Of a DNA stretch of 64,000 nucleotides, positions 12,095-23,880 are shown piece by piece (the first letter of the stretch is position 1; each line of letters starts with the position of its first letter). The notes beneath the pieces were generated by a model. That model worked only from the letters and a program-made list of their open reading frames with translations. It searched no databases and was not told the origin of the DNA. The translations under genes were made by a program, and so were the position numbers. The stretch spans positions 155,403,057 to 155,467,056 of the forward strand of contig NC_057710.1 of the NCBI RefSeq assembly GCF_004010195.1, read 5' to 3'. This DNA comes from Chiloscyllium plagiosum (lineage: Eukaryota).

Positions 12095-13275
12095 GCTGGA
12101 GTGGAACTTACAGTGGGAGGGACAGCAACCACTCACTGTGGTCTATGTAGGTTCCAACAATATAGACAGGTTAAGGGATGAAGGTACACTATTAAAAAGC
12201 AGAACTGCAAAAGTAAGACTCTCTGGACTTTTACCTGTGTCATGAACAATTGGTATAGAGCAAATATGATTGGAGAAATTAATGCATGGCTCAGAGACTA
12301 GTGTTGGAGAATTGGATTCTCATTTGTGGGGTATTGGCACCAGTACTGGGAAAGTAGGGACTGTACCAGTGGGCAGACTCCAACTGAGCCACGCTAGGAC
12401 TGCTGTATTAGTGAACCACATAACGAGGGAAGCAGAGAGTGCTTTAACCCAAATAATGAGGGCAATGGATCAAATATTCAAAGATCTGCTCAATCATTAG
12501 AAATAAGACAAATGAGAAAGGTTTTACTTTGGGAAATCATAAGTAGACTGTGACGGGAAAGGATAGAGAGTACATGTCAGAGTAAATCAACAGATAAGGC
12601 GAGAGGTTTCAAAAATAATAGAAGAACAAAACTGATGTATTTGGTTCTACTAGTATAAATAGAAATAAGTAAGTCCAATTTGAAATCCATGATAGACATG
12701 GCTGCCGGATGACATATTGAAGGGCACAGGATATTTAGAAAGCATGGAGAGGCTGGGAAAAGTTGGAGAGGTGGCTCGATTAATTAATCCTTGTTTTATC
12801 ACCAAAGAGAAGGATAACCCAAGTATAGGAAACCAGGAAGTAGAAGCAGTTTGGGTTGACATGAAAAAAGGTTAAAGACAAAGAAGTCACTTGTAAAAGC
12901 AGTGAGTAGGCCTCCCATGGATACCATACAATAGGATCATGTACAAAGGAAGAACTAGAGAGATCTTGTCAAAAAATAGTGATAATCATTTGAGCTTTTA
13001 ATCTTCACAGACTGGAAAAATCCATATCGGCAAAATTAGCCAAGAAGAAGAGTACAGAAAGGTCTTAAGATAGTTTCTTCGAACAGCAAGTTCTGCCGCT
13101 GACCAAAAAGCAAGCTATATTAGGTCTGGGATTGTGCAACAAGAGGATTAATTAATGATTGCAAAGTGATGACCACCTCGAGTTGCAGCAATCACAATAT
13201 AATTAAATTGTACATTCAGGTTAAGGAAGACAGGAGGCTAGTATATTAAATTTAACTAAGGGCAATTCAGGGCAA
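12095..13275 (+). mobile_element. Decayed CR1 ORF1 esterase / ORF2 endonuclease region
   Basis: Homologous to the better-preserved CR1 at 49153-50085 (VVYVGSNNIDR, LNAWL, HW..YW motifs; gaagcagtttgggttgac = EAVWV). Confidence 0.6.
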
Positions 13276-14028
13276 GATACCCCAAACCCTGGCACTGGGC
13301 AGACACACAGACTATCACTCTTTGCTGTAGGAAACAGTGTCAATCCCTATCACTATACCTACCCCTACAACCATTATGCTCCCTTCTTGCCACTGCATTT
13401 GAGTGGTTTCCTGTACCACAGTGCCGTAGTCAGTTGGTCAATCCACCCTGCAGCCCTCACTCTCATACAAACAAACAGAAAGCACCTCAGACCTGTTGGA
13501 CAGTCAAAAAACACTGACGCTCCTGCCCTCTGGAAGCTGTTACCTTTCTCACTTGCAGTCTACCTGTTCTTGAGCAAATTACAAACCCCTACCCCAAAAG
13601 TATGGCTACCTCCTGCAATAAAGCATCCTGGTAATTTCCTCCACACTGATTTTTCACATTGAGCTGCTGTTCAGTTTACAGCTCAAACACTGGCTGAAGC
13701 TGCTATAGACACAAACCCGTACTGCAGGAATGTTTACATTGGAGCACCGTGTCAACCAGGAGCTCCCACATGCTGCAGCCATGACGCATCACTTATCCTG
13801 CTTTCCTTAATGTCACTTAATTATTCTATTCCATGATTCTCTTTTTAAATTTATTTTAATAATTTTTTTTCCTACTTTTCAGCTGCTTATTTGAATTCAA
13901 TTTTCCTCCAGCAGATCCTTGAGAGACATTGCTTAAAGCTGGCTGAGGAATATTAGGTGAGGGCAGGATTGAACCTGATTGTAATGGACTTAATATTTTA
14001 ATAGCTCATGGCCACTCAATGTCTCATG

Positions 14029-14663
14029 TGTTATAGACTAGGCCAGACTCCTTCAACATACGTTAAGAAGGTAGCCTAGACCCTAACTTATTGTTATTTT
14101 AAAGGCAAATATGAAGTACTGGGTTCCAGGTGCAATGCGACTGGTCAAACTGCTCGCTATTAAGTTAAGCACAGTTTATTTAAATATTGTAGTTAAAATA
14201 CAAACAAAGAAAGAGGAATTTAGAATAACGTAACTCTATTGGAAAGCTTAACAGATTAATAGATACAGTGACAATTACTCATAACCATTCCAATATAGAA
14301 ACATTCCATAGCTATAACCCTTGACAAAAAGGCAAATTCAGACACAGATTCTCACATGCAGTTCTCCAATCCAGGAGGAAAAAGCATCAAGAGAAAACTT
14401 GGATAGAGTAGCAGCCAGAAGACATTCAATGAAGCTTCCAACAATGTTGAGACCTCGATAGCTTCAACTTAAAACTAAACCTAAAAACCCAGAAGTCCTG
14501 ATCTGTGAGATTCAGCCACACCCATTCAGGATGTTTTTAAATAAAACTCAAAGGCTCCCAAACTGTTTGGTGGTTCTGGTAGGCTGCTTGACAACTCTGC
14601 CTTACAACCTCTCTTTAAATAAACCAGGACAAAATAACTTCTTAAACTCATGGAATCATCACA
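14029..14663 (-). mobile_element. Solo LTR (Gypsy/ERV-like)
   Basis: 635-bp unit bounded by TGTTAT...ATCACA (TG..CA); near 4-bp TSD catg/aatg; minus-strand AATAAA (tttatt at about 14175). Confidence 0.55.
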
Positions 14664-15706
14664 AATGTCGTATTTGATGATTAACCACATTCAAGAGTTA
14701 AAAAGAAATGTCAGTGCCCATGGAACTATTCCTTAGGGGAAAGTTCAAAAGCTTTGGATGAGATGAAGGGAAAAAAATGATCATCTTTGAAAGTATAAAG
14801 AAGCTACAGTGCAAATATCGCTTTCAAGAGCACTCAATGACAGAAATAGATAGTTCAGTGGTGGGAAGTTTGAAATGTTAATTAGACATCAGATTGGATT
14901 CAGAAAATTGAAGGATAGTTAGTGTGCTGTTGGTCTTTAAACACATGTACAAAGAATAATCTTCAGAATCATAAACAGACTAATTTAACAACAACAAGCT
15001 GAAACACAGCTTCGAAGGGTCGTATATATAACTGACCTTGAACAGAAGAGAAAAAGGAAATTATGGAATAGTTTGCATCGAGCTCAAAGCCACAATCACT
15101 GGGGGGTTTGAGGTTGTTGAAAGCTGGGAAAAGGGGTGTCAGGACAAGCAAAACTAAAGAGGGAATTTGTGAGAATTGGTATTTAGTGGCTGAAGCAACA
15201 ACCATTGATGATATAACAGGATGTGTGGGGAATAAAGACTTGTCTTCTCTCACAGGAGGAGAGACTGTATAAGTGGAGGAGTTGGCAAAAGCTACAGTGG
15301 ACTGAGCTGGAGATGGGTTTTAATGAGGAAGTGAAGATTTTAATGACTGAAACATGGGGAGCTTTGGAACATGTATTAAGAATGTAATTGGAGCATGTAT
15401 GTAGAAAGACAAGACCGTGCATCACAATATTCTGATTAAAAATTAGAATTAGAATAAGACGTGAGCTACAAAATTACTAGAGACGCTGAGACAGGAGGTG
15501 GAAGAAACGACTTTGGAAATGCACTGATATTTAAGGCAGGAAGTTAAGGTTAGGGTTCAGGTTTGAGATCTCCTAACACAGACTGAGGTGACAGTAGGGA
15601 GAACAGAGGCACCCCGAAATTGGGAGGGAATGTTAACCACGAGAGAACTTAATGGAGGAGGAGGCCCAAGTGATTATCAAACCTGGTTAACTTCAGCAGT
15701 TTGTGG

Positions 15707-16609
15707 ATCAGTGGTGCTGGAAGAGCACAGCAATTCAGGCAGCATCCGAGGACAGGCAAAATCGACGTTTCGGGCAAAAGCCCTTCATCAGGAATAAAGG
15801 CAGAGAGCCTGAANNNNNNNNNNNNNNNNNNNNNNNNNNNNNNNNNNNNNNNNNNNNNNNNNNNNNNNNNNNNNNNNNNNNNNNNNNNNNNNNNNNNNNN
15901 NNNNNNNNNNNNNNNNNNNNNNNNNNNNNNNNNNNNNNNNNNNNNNNNNNNNNNNNNNNNNNNNNNNNNNNNNNNNNNNNNNNNNNNNNNNNNNNNNNNN
16001 NNNNNNNNNNNNNNNNNNNNNNNNNNNNNNNNNNNNNNNNNNNNNNNNNNNNNNNNNNNNNNNNNNNNNNNNNNNNNNNNNNNNNNNNNNNNNNNNNNNN
16101 NNNNNNNNNNNNNNNNNNNNNNNNNNNNNNNNNNNNNNNNNNNNNNNNNNNNNNNNNNNNNNNNNNNNNNNNNNNNNNNNNNNNNNNNNNNNNNNNNNNN
16201 NNNNNNNNNNNNNNNNNNNNNNNNNNNNNNNNNNNNNNNNNNNNNNNNNNNNNNNNNNNNNNNNNNNNNNNNNNNNNNNNNNNNNNNNNNNNNNNNNNNN
16301 NNNNNNNNNNNNNNNNNNNNNNNNNNNNNNNNNNNNNNNNNNNNNNTGGGGAAGGAAATATATCCCTGGTGGTGGTGTCTTTTTGGAGGTGGCGGAAATG
16401 TCGGCGGATGATTTGGTTTATGCGGAGGTTTGTAGGGTGGAAGGTGAGCACCAGGGGCGTTCTGTCCTTGTTACATTTGGAGGGGTGGGGTCTGAGGGCG
16501 GAGGTGCGGGATGTGGACGAGATGCGTTGGAGGGCATCTTTAACCACGTGGGAAGGGAAATTGCGGTCTCTAAAGAAGGAGGCTATCTGGTGTGTTCTAT
16601 GGTGGAACT
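15707..16609 (-). mobile_element. Penelope-like element (family A), RT C-terminal region plus pLTR, spans N gap
   Basis: QFHHRTHQIASFFRDRNFPSHVV...DRTPLVLTFHPTNLRINQII is the PLE RT thumb/linker; 11-bp TSD gcagtttgtgg at 15696-15706 and 16610-16620. Confidence 0.85.
15760..15795 (-). ncRNA. Minimal type I hammerhead ribozyme motif (PLE family A)
   Basis: Minus strand: CTGATGA-a-gggc-tttt-gccc-GAAACGTC. Confidence 0.75.
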
Positions 16610-16811
16610 GCAGTTTGTGGCCCACGTTACTTTAACTCCCAGCCCTCAATGCATCCTGCTGGCTGCCCGTTTGACCCAAGCAGTTTAAACAGTCAAGAAG
16701 ATTAAAATTATGGCATCCTGCAGTTTTCCTGTTGGTGCCAGAGTAAATCTCAAGGATCAGAGTTCTCTCATGTATATTAATGAGGAACCTGGGACAACTA
16801 GTGAGCACCAA

Positions 16812-17086
16812 TTGTTACAGTTAACCTGAGAATGCAACTTTTTTAAAAAAGGGTCTTGTGATGAAAGAAGTGAAACTATCATAGTATTCTAACAGATGAA
16901 AGCCTCAACAAACAATTAAGGTATTATTCAATGTATAATTTCAGTTACATCACACTGTAAACTTTTGCTATAAATTCTGTGTCTTACAATTGTGTACTCC
17001 ACAACCACCTGAAGGAGCGTCGCTCCGAAAGCTAGTGCTTCCAATTAAACCTGTTGGACTATAACCTGGTGTTGTGTGATTTTCAA
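16812..17086 (+). mobile_element. PLE family B 3'/pLTR fragment (hammerhead core has a 3-nt deletion)
   Basis: ccacctgaaggagcgtcgctccgaaagctagtgcttccaattaaacctgttggactataacctgg. Confidence 0.8.
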
Positions 17087-18309
17087 ACTTGGAAGCACTG
17101 CTACTCGTCCTGGCCCGGTGAAGGATTTTTAAAAAAAAATTAGCTTGAAGAATTCCTCCTTGTCTGGTTTTACTGAGAATGACATCCAATGGGGGGTCCT
17201 CCATTTAAGAAGTGATTAAAATGCGATTGGGATCCGGTGACACCAACAAACCCTGATTTCCCTTGGTTCAAATGGGGTTTTCACCGGAAACATCTCAAAC
17301 ATCTAACTGAAGGCTCAGTTCAAACAGTGGCAGTTGGAAATTGTGAGCTAACAGGTTTCATATCTTTGAACTGGTATTCGAACTGTGCCGCCCATCCATG
17401 GCAGTGCAGGGTTGGTTAGAATCTTCCATGCTGGTTACAGTTTAGCTGGAGAAAGCTTTGCATTAGCTCATGTCAGGTAAATTTTAAAAAAGATGTTGGA
17501 TTGAGCAGAGAGTCAGAGAACTGAAACTGAGGGCAGAGCCTTCACCACGTTTTTGGCTAAGTGCCAGTCATGTTGAATTTGGTGGAGTGATTCTTGCGCT
17601 GAGCTGAGTGAGTTTCTTATTGGTTTAATTGGCGTTGAGCCAATCCAGTGAGAATCATATCGTATTTCCACCCCAGCTTACTCTCTGGAGTAACTCGCCA
17701 CTCACCAGAGGGTCCCAGAATTGATTGGCATTCGTGGCATCACGGTCATCCTTAAAAGGACATTGTGTACCCCGACCAGCACTGCCTGTTTGCAACTACT
17801 ATAGGTTTAGGGTTAGGGTTGAGAGTAGGGTTAGTTTGTAGTGAGTTTGTACCTGCCCTGCACAGATGATGATGTTTGCCCTCAGCTTGGTAAACAAGGG
17901 GAGATTGGTGCCCTGCTTTGCAGATGTAGTCCAGGAGCTCCTGCCAGAATAGAGAGGCACACAGTGGGGACATCATCTCTACCCCCAGGAGCACCAGAGG
18001 AAGCCATGACGCCAGACCCATGCTAGTCTCCTTTGAAGTTGTTCCCTTGTTGAAGCAACCATGTCCTTTTCCATTCTGCCACCATCTTCTCTCCGACACC
18101 TCACACTCACTCCATCTCTGCTTTGGGCCCACCTTCCACCAAGGCTCATTCTCTACCATTCTCACAAATGCCTGCAACATCTTGCCCACTCAGTATCACT
18201 CACCCCAACCCTCTGACACCATTAAACCTGGATATCCTCCTCTCTGCCTACATACTCGTTTAGGACTCCTCCCTCCCCATCTGTCTACTTTCGTTTTCCA
18301 TAACACCTG

Positions 18310-18310
18310 C

Positions 18311-18350
<40 letters not shown>
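18310..18350. repeat. (CT)n microsatellite
   Basis: Visible CT dinucleotide run. Confidence 0.9.
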
Positions 18351-18351
<1 letters not shown>

Positions 18352-18529
18352 TTTCATTCCAACAGCAAAATAGCCCATAATCAGACAGAAAGAGTCAAGA
18401 TGGGTTATGTACCATCCATCATTCAGCTCCTCACCCCTTATGGGGAAAGGATCCTGACTCTGACCACTCCAAGCTGGCCTTGGGCTGATATCGGACACTG
18501 CCCATTACTGACTGTGCTGGGATCTCCTG

Positions 18530-18682
18530 AGGAGGAAGTGAGGGCTGCAGATGCTGGAGATCAGAGTCAAAGAGTGTGGTGCTGGAAAAGGAGAGCATAA
18601 GCTGTTCATCGAAACATCGACTCTCCTGCTCCTCGGATGCTGTCTAACCGGCTGGGCTTTTCCAGCACCACACTCTTCGACT
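18530..18682. mobile_element. Short fold-back PLE (family A)
   Basis: agagtgtggtgctggaaa and tttccagcaccacactct inverted arms; imperfect TSD ggatc..ctgagg. Confidence 0.75.
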
Positions 18683-20014
18683 TGGATCCACTGAGGGAAG
18701 GCTATCTTTATTGACTGGACTGAGGCCTGCTCCCAAATGTGGCAAGCTTCCTGGCTTTGTGTGTGCACTAAATGCGCAACCACCCAGGAGTAACATGAAC
18801 CAGATCTCTCTGGCTTAGGGAGAGACGTGAACAAAGGCAAAAGCAAGTTAACAAAAGGTATGGTTGCTGTGAACATCCAGGTTGTCCTAGAGTGAGTGGG
18901 TGCTAGTGAGTGAAGGACCCAGAGATGTAGCCTGGTGCAGTCTGTGAGCTTGATGTACATCTCTGAGCATGCAGTGTACTACAGCATTACAATGGGAGGT
19001 GCTGGTGCACCCTGAAGTGCAGAAATGACCTATAAGTGAATTGCACACGTGCTACAATGGTTTGTAGAGGCTGGTACCTATCGTATGTCGATGTCTGTGA
19101 ATGCGGGATGAGTGTGGCTGGTGCCCATGAAACATGTGCACATTGTACGTGCCTGTGACCAAGATGGAAGTCTTTTGGAACAGGCCAAGAACCCACTCTG
19201 ATTTTCCTCATGGCTAGTTTGCATGGTCAGTTTGGTAAAATTGCAACCCATGGTGAGTTGGGCCATTAACAAAGTGTTTAACTGCTGCTTGGTGTGAATC
19301 TGGCTACACTGGATGGGAAAAGCAGAGAGGTTGTGTCAAGATGATCTCAATATCAAGATGATCATTTCACCCAATTGTACCAGTCAGCTGGCCACAGACC
19401 AGGCCACTCTGAGCCCAGTAAGGCCCTGACAGGTATGTTCTCACCATGTGCAAGCTAGTCCTGTGATTTCAGATGATAATGTTCTGCAGTAACATCCCCT
19501 TACTGGGAAAACATGTCTGTGTCTGCTATAAATGAAGTCATTTAGGAATGTCAAATACAATTATGGCCAAATGTTTCATGTAAATTTACAAATATTACAA
19601 GTGAGTTCTGTACAGACTTTTCATGGTCAATACTTGAGTATAGTGCACATTGTTTCGAAAAGATTCACTAAAATCTCCAGCAGGAGACTTCTGATTATAT
19701 TGTGTTTAAGCAAATTTCAATGACTTATAAAACAGCATGACAGAGGTTTTATTGTTCAGTACAGTTGTCATAATTTGAAATGTTATGATAATTCTTTGAT
19801 GGGAAGAATAAGAAAAATGTTTGAGTTATGGTGATGTTCAAACAGCAGTGAATTATGACAGTTTCTTACTCAAGTAGACATGCAGACAGAAACCTGGTTA
19901 ATTACTATGGGAAATTGTTTTCTCCAAAGACTCTAAACAATAGTACAATGACTAATTTTGTTCAAAAAATAAAGAGTAGAATCTTTCACACCCATTGAAG
20001 TGGAATGTGTTGGA

Positions 20015-20350
20015 TCATGGGTGTGGAATGGCCTGCCTGCCAATGTAGGTCAGGCAGCATCCGAGGAGCAGGATTCCTGATGAAGGGCTTTTGTCCGAAA
20101 TGTTGATTTTCCTGCTCCTCGGATGCTGCCTGACCTGCTGTGCTTTTCCAGCACCACTCTAATCTAAACCCTGATTTCCAGCATCTGCAGTCCTCACTTT
20201 TGTCTGCCTGCCAATATAGTTAACTCAACCACATTAGGGGCATTTTAACAATCCTTGGATAAGCACATGGATGATGATGGGATAGTGTAGGGGGATGGAC
20301 TTAGATTAGTTCTGTTCTGCGCTGTATTGTTCTATTGTTCTATGTTCTTC
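20015..20350 (+). mobile_element. CR1 3' end interrupted by a fold-back PLE (20049-20203)
   Basis: CR1 tail (gttctat)n at about 20310-20348; PLE flanked by TSD ctgcctgccaat(g/a)tag at 20033-20048 and 20204-20219. Confidence 0.75.
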
Positions 20351-20415
20351 CATTGTCTGTCTGAACACATAAAAATGATATAATTGGAGCAGCAAACCCA
20401 AACAGCAAGTTTGGT

Positions 20416-21179
20416 GTTGTGGTTCTGTTCGCTGAGCTGGAAGTTTTTCTTGCAAACGTTTCGTCCCCTGGCTAGGCGACATCATCAGTGCTTGGGAGCC
20501 TCCTGCGAAGCGCTTCTTTGATGTTTCCTCCGGTGTTTATAGTGGTCTGTAGCAATGTACAGCACAGAAACAGACCTTTCGTCCAACCTATCCATGCCGA
20601 ACAGATATCCCAACACAATCTAGTCCCACCTGCCAGCACCNNNNNNNNNNNNNNNNNNNNNNNNNNNNNNNNNNNNNNNNNNNNNNNNNNNNNNNNNNNN
20701 NNNNNNNNNNNNNNNNNNNNNNNNNNNNNNNNNNNNNNNNNNNNNNNNNNNNNNNNNNNNNNNNNNNNNNNNNNNNNNNNNNNNNNNNNNNNNGGATGCT
20801 GCCTGACCTGCTGTGCTGTTCCAGCAATAAAGTTTCAACTTTGATCTCCAGCATCTGCAGACCTCACTTTCTCCCCAGAGAACAGCCAGGGAATTCCTAG
20901 AGGCATGGCATTCATCCACAAACTCCATCAACAAACACATCGACCTGGATCCAATATACCAACCACTACAGCGGACAGCTGAAACTGACAACCGGAAGTG
21001 GCAGGGACAGACCACTATAAACACCGGAGGAAACATCAAAGAAGCACTTCGCAGGAGGCTCCCAAGCACTGATGATGTCGCCTAGACAGGGGACGAAACG
21101 TTTGCAACAAAAACTTCCAGCTCGGCGAACAGAACCACAACAACGAGCACCCGAGCTACAAATCTTCGCACAAACTTTG
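20416..21179 (+). mobile_element. PLE family C with inverted 5' pLTR and GIY-YIG C-terminus; nested CR1 tail and PLE-A piece around N gap
   Basis: QRTAREFLEAWHSSTNSINKHIDLDPIY from 20876; arms at 20416-20548 and about 21008-21143 are inverted; 12-bp TSD agcaagtttggt at 20404-20415 and 21180-21191. Confidence 0.85.
21066..21105 (+). ncRNA. Minimal hammerhead ribozyme motif (PLE family C); antisense twin at 20452-20491
   Basis: gca-CTGATGA-t-gtcgcct-agac-aggggac-GAAACGTT-tgc; stem I gca/tgc. Confidence 0.75.
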
Positions 21180-21296
21180 AGCAAGTTTGGTTTTTGGAAG
21201 TGAAATATCTGAAGCAGTTAGCTGTAGGAGAATTTCAGTGCTGGAGACAGTAGTCAGAAATAACCTTTGCTCAGCTTAGCCCTGATCTGTGGTTAC

Positions 21297-21757
21297 AAAG
21301 AACAAAGAACAAAGAAAATTTACAGCCCAGAAACAGGCCCTTCGGCCCTCTAAGCCTGAGCCGATCTAAATCTACAGTCTAAACCTGTCGGTCAATTCCT
21401 AAGCGTCTGTATCCCTCTACTCCCCACCTACTCATGCATTTATCCAGACACATCTTAAATGAATCTACCGTACCTGCCTCTACCACCTCGGCTGGCAACG
21501 CGTTCCAAACTCCCACCACCCTCTGTGTGAAGTACTTGCCGCGTGTATCCCCCTTAAACTTTCCACCTCTCACCTTGAGAGCATGACCTCTTGTTATTGA
21601 ATCCTTCACCCTGGGAAAGAGCTTGACTTATCCACCCTGTCTATACCCTTCATGGTTTTGTAAACCTCAATCAGGTCCCCCCTCAATCTCCTTTTCTCTA
21701 ATGAAAATAAACCTAACCTACTCAACCTCTCTTCATAGCCAGCATCTTCCATGCCAG
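21297..21757 (-). mobile_element. CR1 LINE 3' end (young subfamily, (TCTTTGT)n tail)
   Basis: ORF 21379-21609 TRGHALKVRGGKFKGDTRGKYFTQRVVGVWNALP is the CR1 ORF2 C-terminus; aaagaac repeats at 21297. Confidence 0.9.
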
Positions 21758-21865
21758 AGAAACATTTTCATTACTTTATAGCATTACACAACAAACATTA
21801 CTAATTGAATTACGTACCTCCAGCAATTAGTTTGTTTGTTCACTCACTGTAAATTAAACCAATTC

Positions 21866-22150
21866 AGAATTCTGAAGAAGTATCAGTGGGCCTGAAACGT
21901 TGACTCTGATTTCTCTCCATGGATTCAGCCAGACATGCTGAGATGTCCCAGCAGTTTCTGTTTTTGTTAGTAATTAGGACTATGCCTTGGCTCACTGAAT
22001 ACACACTCCATCTGACTTAGGGTTGAAAAACCACAAATGACAATGGCACTTTGGTACTGAAAGGGAAGTCATGCAGATCTTGAAATGTTAATTCTGTTTT
22101 TCTCTCCACAGATGCTGCCAGACCTGCTCCATTTCTCCAGCACTTTTGAC
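21866..22150 (+). mobile_element. Two old PLE pLTR remnants (family E) with degenerate hammerheads
   Basis: CTGAAGAagtatcagtgggcctGAAACGTT and tails ctctccacagatgctgccagacctgct; related copies at 23896-24035 (-) and 34110-34220 (+). Confidence 0.6.
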
Positions 22151-22559
22151 TTTTAAGATTAATTTTGATCCTATTTAAAATTCTCCCAGACAGCATTAAG
22201 AATCAATTAGGTAATGCGGCATCTGCAGTCCTCCCTTTCTCCTGAGTAATGTGAGTCTAGAATTACCTGTAGACCAGTTCTGGGGCTATAGAGAGTCTGA
22301 TTGTCTGGTCCTTCCAAGGATGAGAGATCCCCCCACTGAGAGGCAATGGCACACTCTCAGACAATGGTAGTCTGCCCACACATTCTGGGCCTGTCAACGT
22401 CTCTCTGACTTTCCTTCAAGGAGTAAGGAGACGGGGCGGGGAGCAGTTCAACCTCGGTAAAATGGAGTGAGCTGAGAAGGGGGCCTATGCAAGTCAAGCT
22501 CCATTTCAAATGCAATTTGCAAATGTTCATTCAAATCTGTTAATAAATGTTGAGATGGG

Positions 22560-23880
22560 TTGTGATACTAGCCGATATGTAATCAATGATCTTTAATTAT
22601 CTTCGAATGTCTCTTTTTTTTGGCTTACTGCTAAGTTGTGAATTTAAGAGCCTTACAATCAATGGATATTTAAATGCCCTGCCCTATTCCTTTTGCAGTC
22701 ATGTCTCTGTGATACCCACAAAATCGTCCCTGCCAGTTCCAGTCTGTGCTGCAAGCTCTTTTACCTTGTTTTGTGTCCTCCCAGTATTTACGTACAACAC
22801 CCTCAGCCCTGCATTGCATGCCACCTGCTCATAATTGTCTTCTTATCTTCTGTTCCTACAGTTAGAATCGTGATCCCTTCCATCCTCTCTGTCTAGTTCC
22901 TTGTTCTGAAAACTTCAATAACCTCTGCCTAGTTTAAAATCTTTGTGACCACTCTATTTTGCCTTTCTGCTAGGATCCTGATCAGTTCGAGTGGAGCCCG
23001 TCCTGACTGTACAGTTCTCTCCTGTCCCGATATTGATTTCAATGCCCTACAAAATAAAATCCCACTTTTCCACACTGCTCCTTCAAACACTCATTTACTT
23101 CCTTAATGTTCTTATCTCTGTGCCAGTTTGCACATGGCTCTGGTAATAATCCAGAGACTATTACCCTTGGGATCTTGTTTTTTAATTTTGTTCCAAATTC
23201 CTAATATGGCCCAAACAGGACCTCTTGCCAATGTTTCTGGTGGCAACATGGCCTACGACAACTGGAACCTCCCCTTTCCTATCCAGTATCCTTTCCATCA
23301 CTTTGGCACTAGTTAGACAACACACCATGCGGGACTCTGGTCACAAAGGATGCTAACCATACTGTAATTATAGAACCCCATACCACGACCACTTTATCAT
23401 TTTGCTCCTCCAGCCCCCCCCACTGAGAATGGCTTCCTGGACCATGGTGCAGTGGTCAGTTCAACCATCTTCCCTGCAGACTCCTTCCTCATACACACTG
23501 GGACCAAGTGCCTCACTGGGGTCTGCGGTTTAGAGAGAAGTGACTCCTTATGCTGGAGCTGGGAGAAACGTTAACTGGTGTTTGAGCAAGGGCTGAAGGA
23601 CCCTGGAATGACCTTGTGATAAATTCACCAAGCAGTTCTTCACTGGGCATAAATAGCACAGTTTGGGCAGAGTTAGACCAAGTGCCTCATTACCTGTTGG
23701 ACAGGACCAAGAGCTATGGCTCCTCCAGTTCAGGGTCCCTGTACCCATCTCAGCTTTAGTTAACCTCCTCCTGTCTCTGACCCACTGGCCAAAGTTTGAA
23801 GTACTTCCCAGCTGAACACAATCTTAAACTTCAGAAAGACTCTGCCCCACCTTCTCCAGCTCGACCGAGATTGATTATAA
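22560..23880 (-). mobile_element. Decayed CR1 ORF1 region
   Basis: Similar to other minus-strand CR1 ORF1 pieces at 43450-44325 and 49760-50085 (ggtaataatccagagactattaccctt motif). Confidence 0.55.
23515..23677 (+). repeat. Exact 163-bp direct duplicate of 24384-24546, flanked by a 14-bp TSD
   Basis: Base-by-base identical at offset 869; gaccaagtgcctca at 23502-23515 and 23676-23689. Confidence 0.95.

Noticed and set aside
15701-16635. Long ORFs of 236-310 aa
   Set aside because: Artefacts of reading through the N gap; likewise at 20.5-21.0 kb and 49.1-49.8 kb.
17806-17835. Interstitial telomeric TTAGGG repeats
   Set aside because: Only 2-4 degenerate units.
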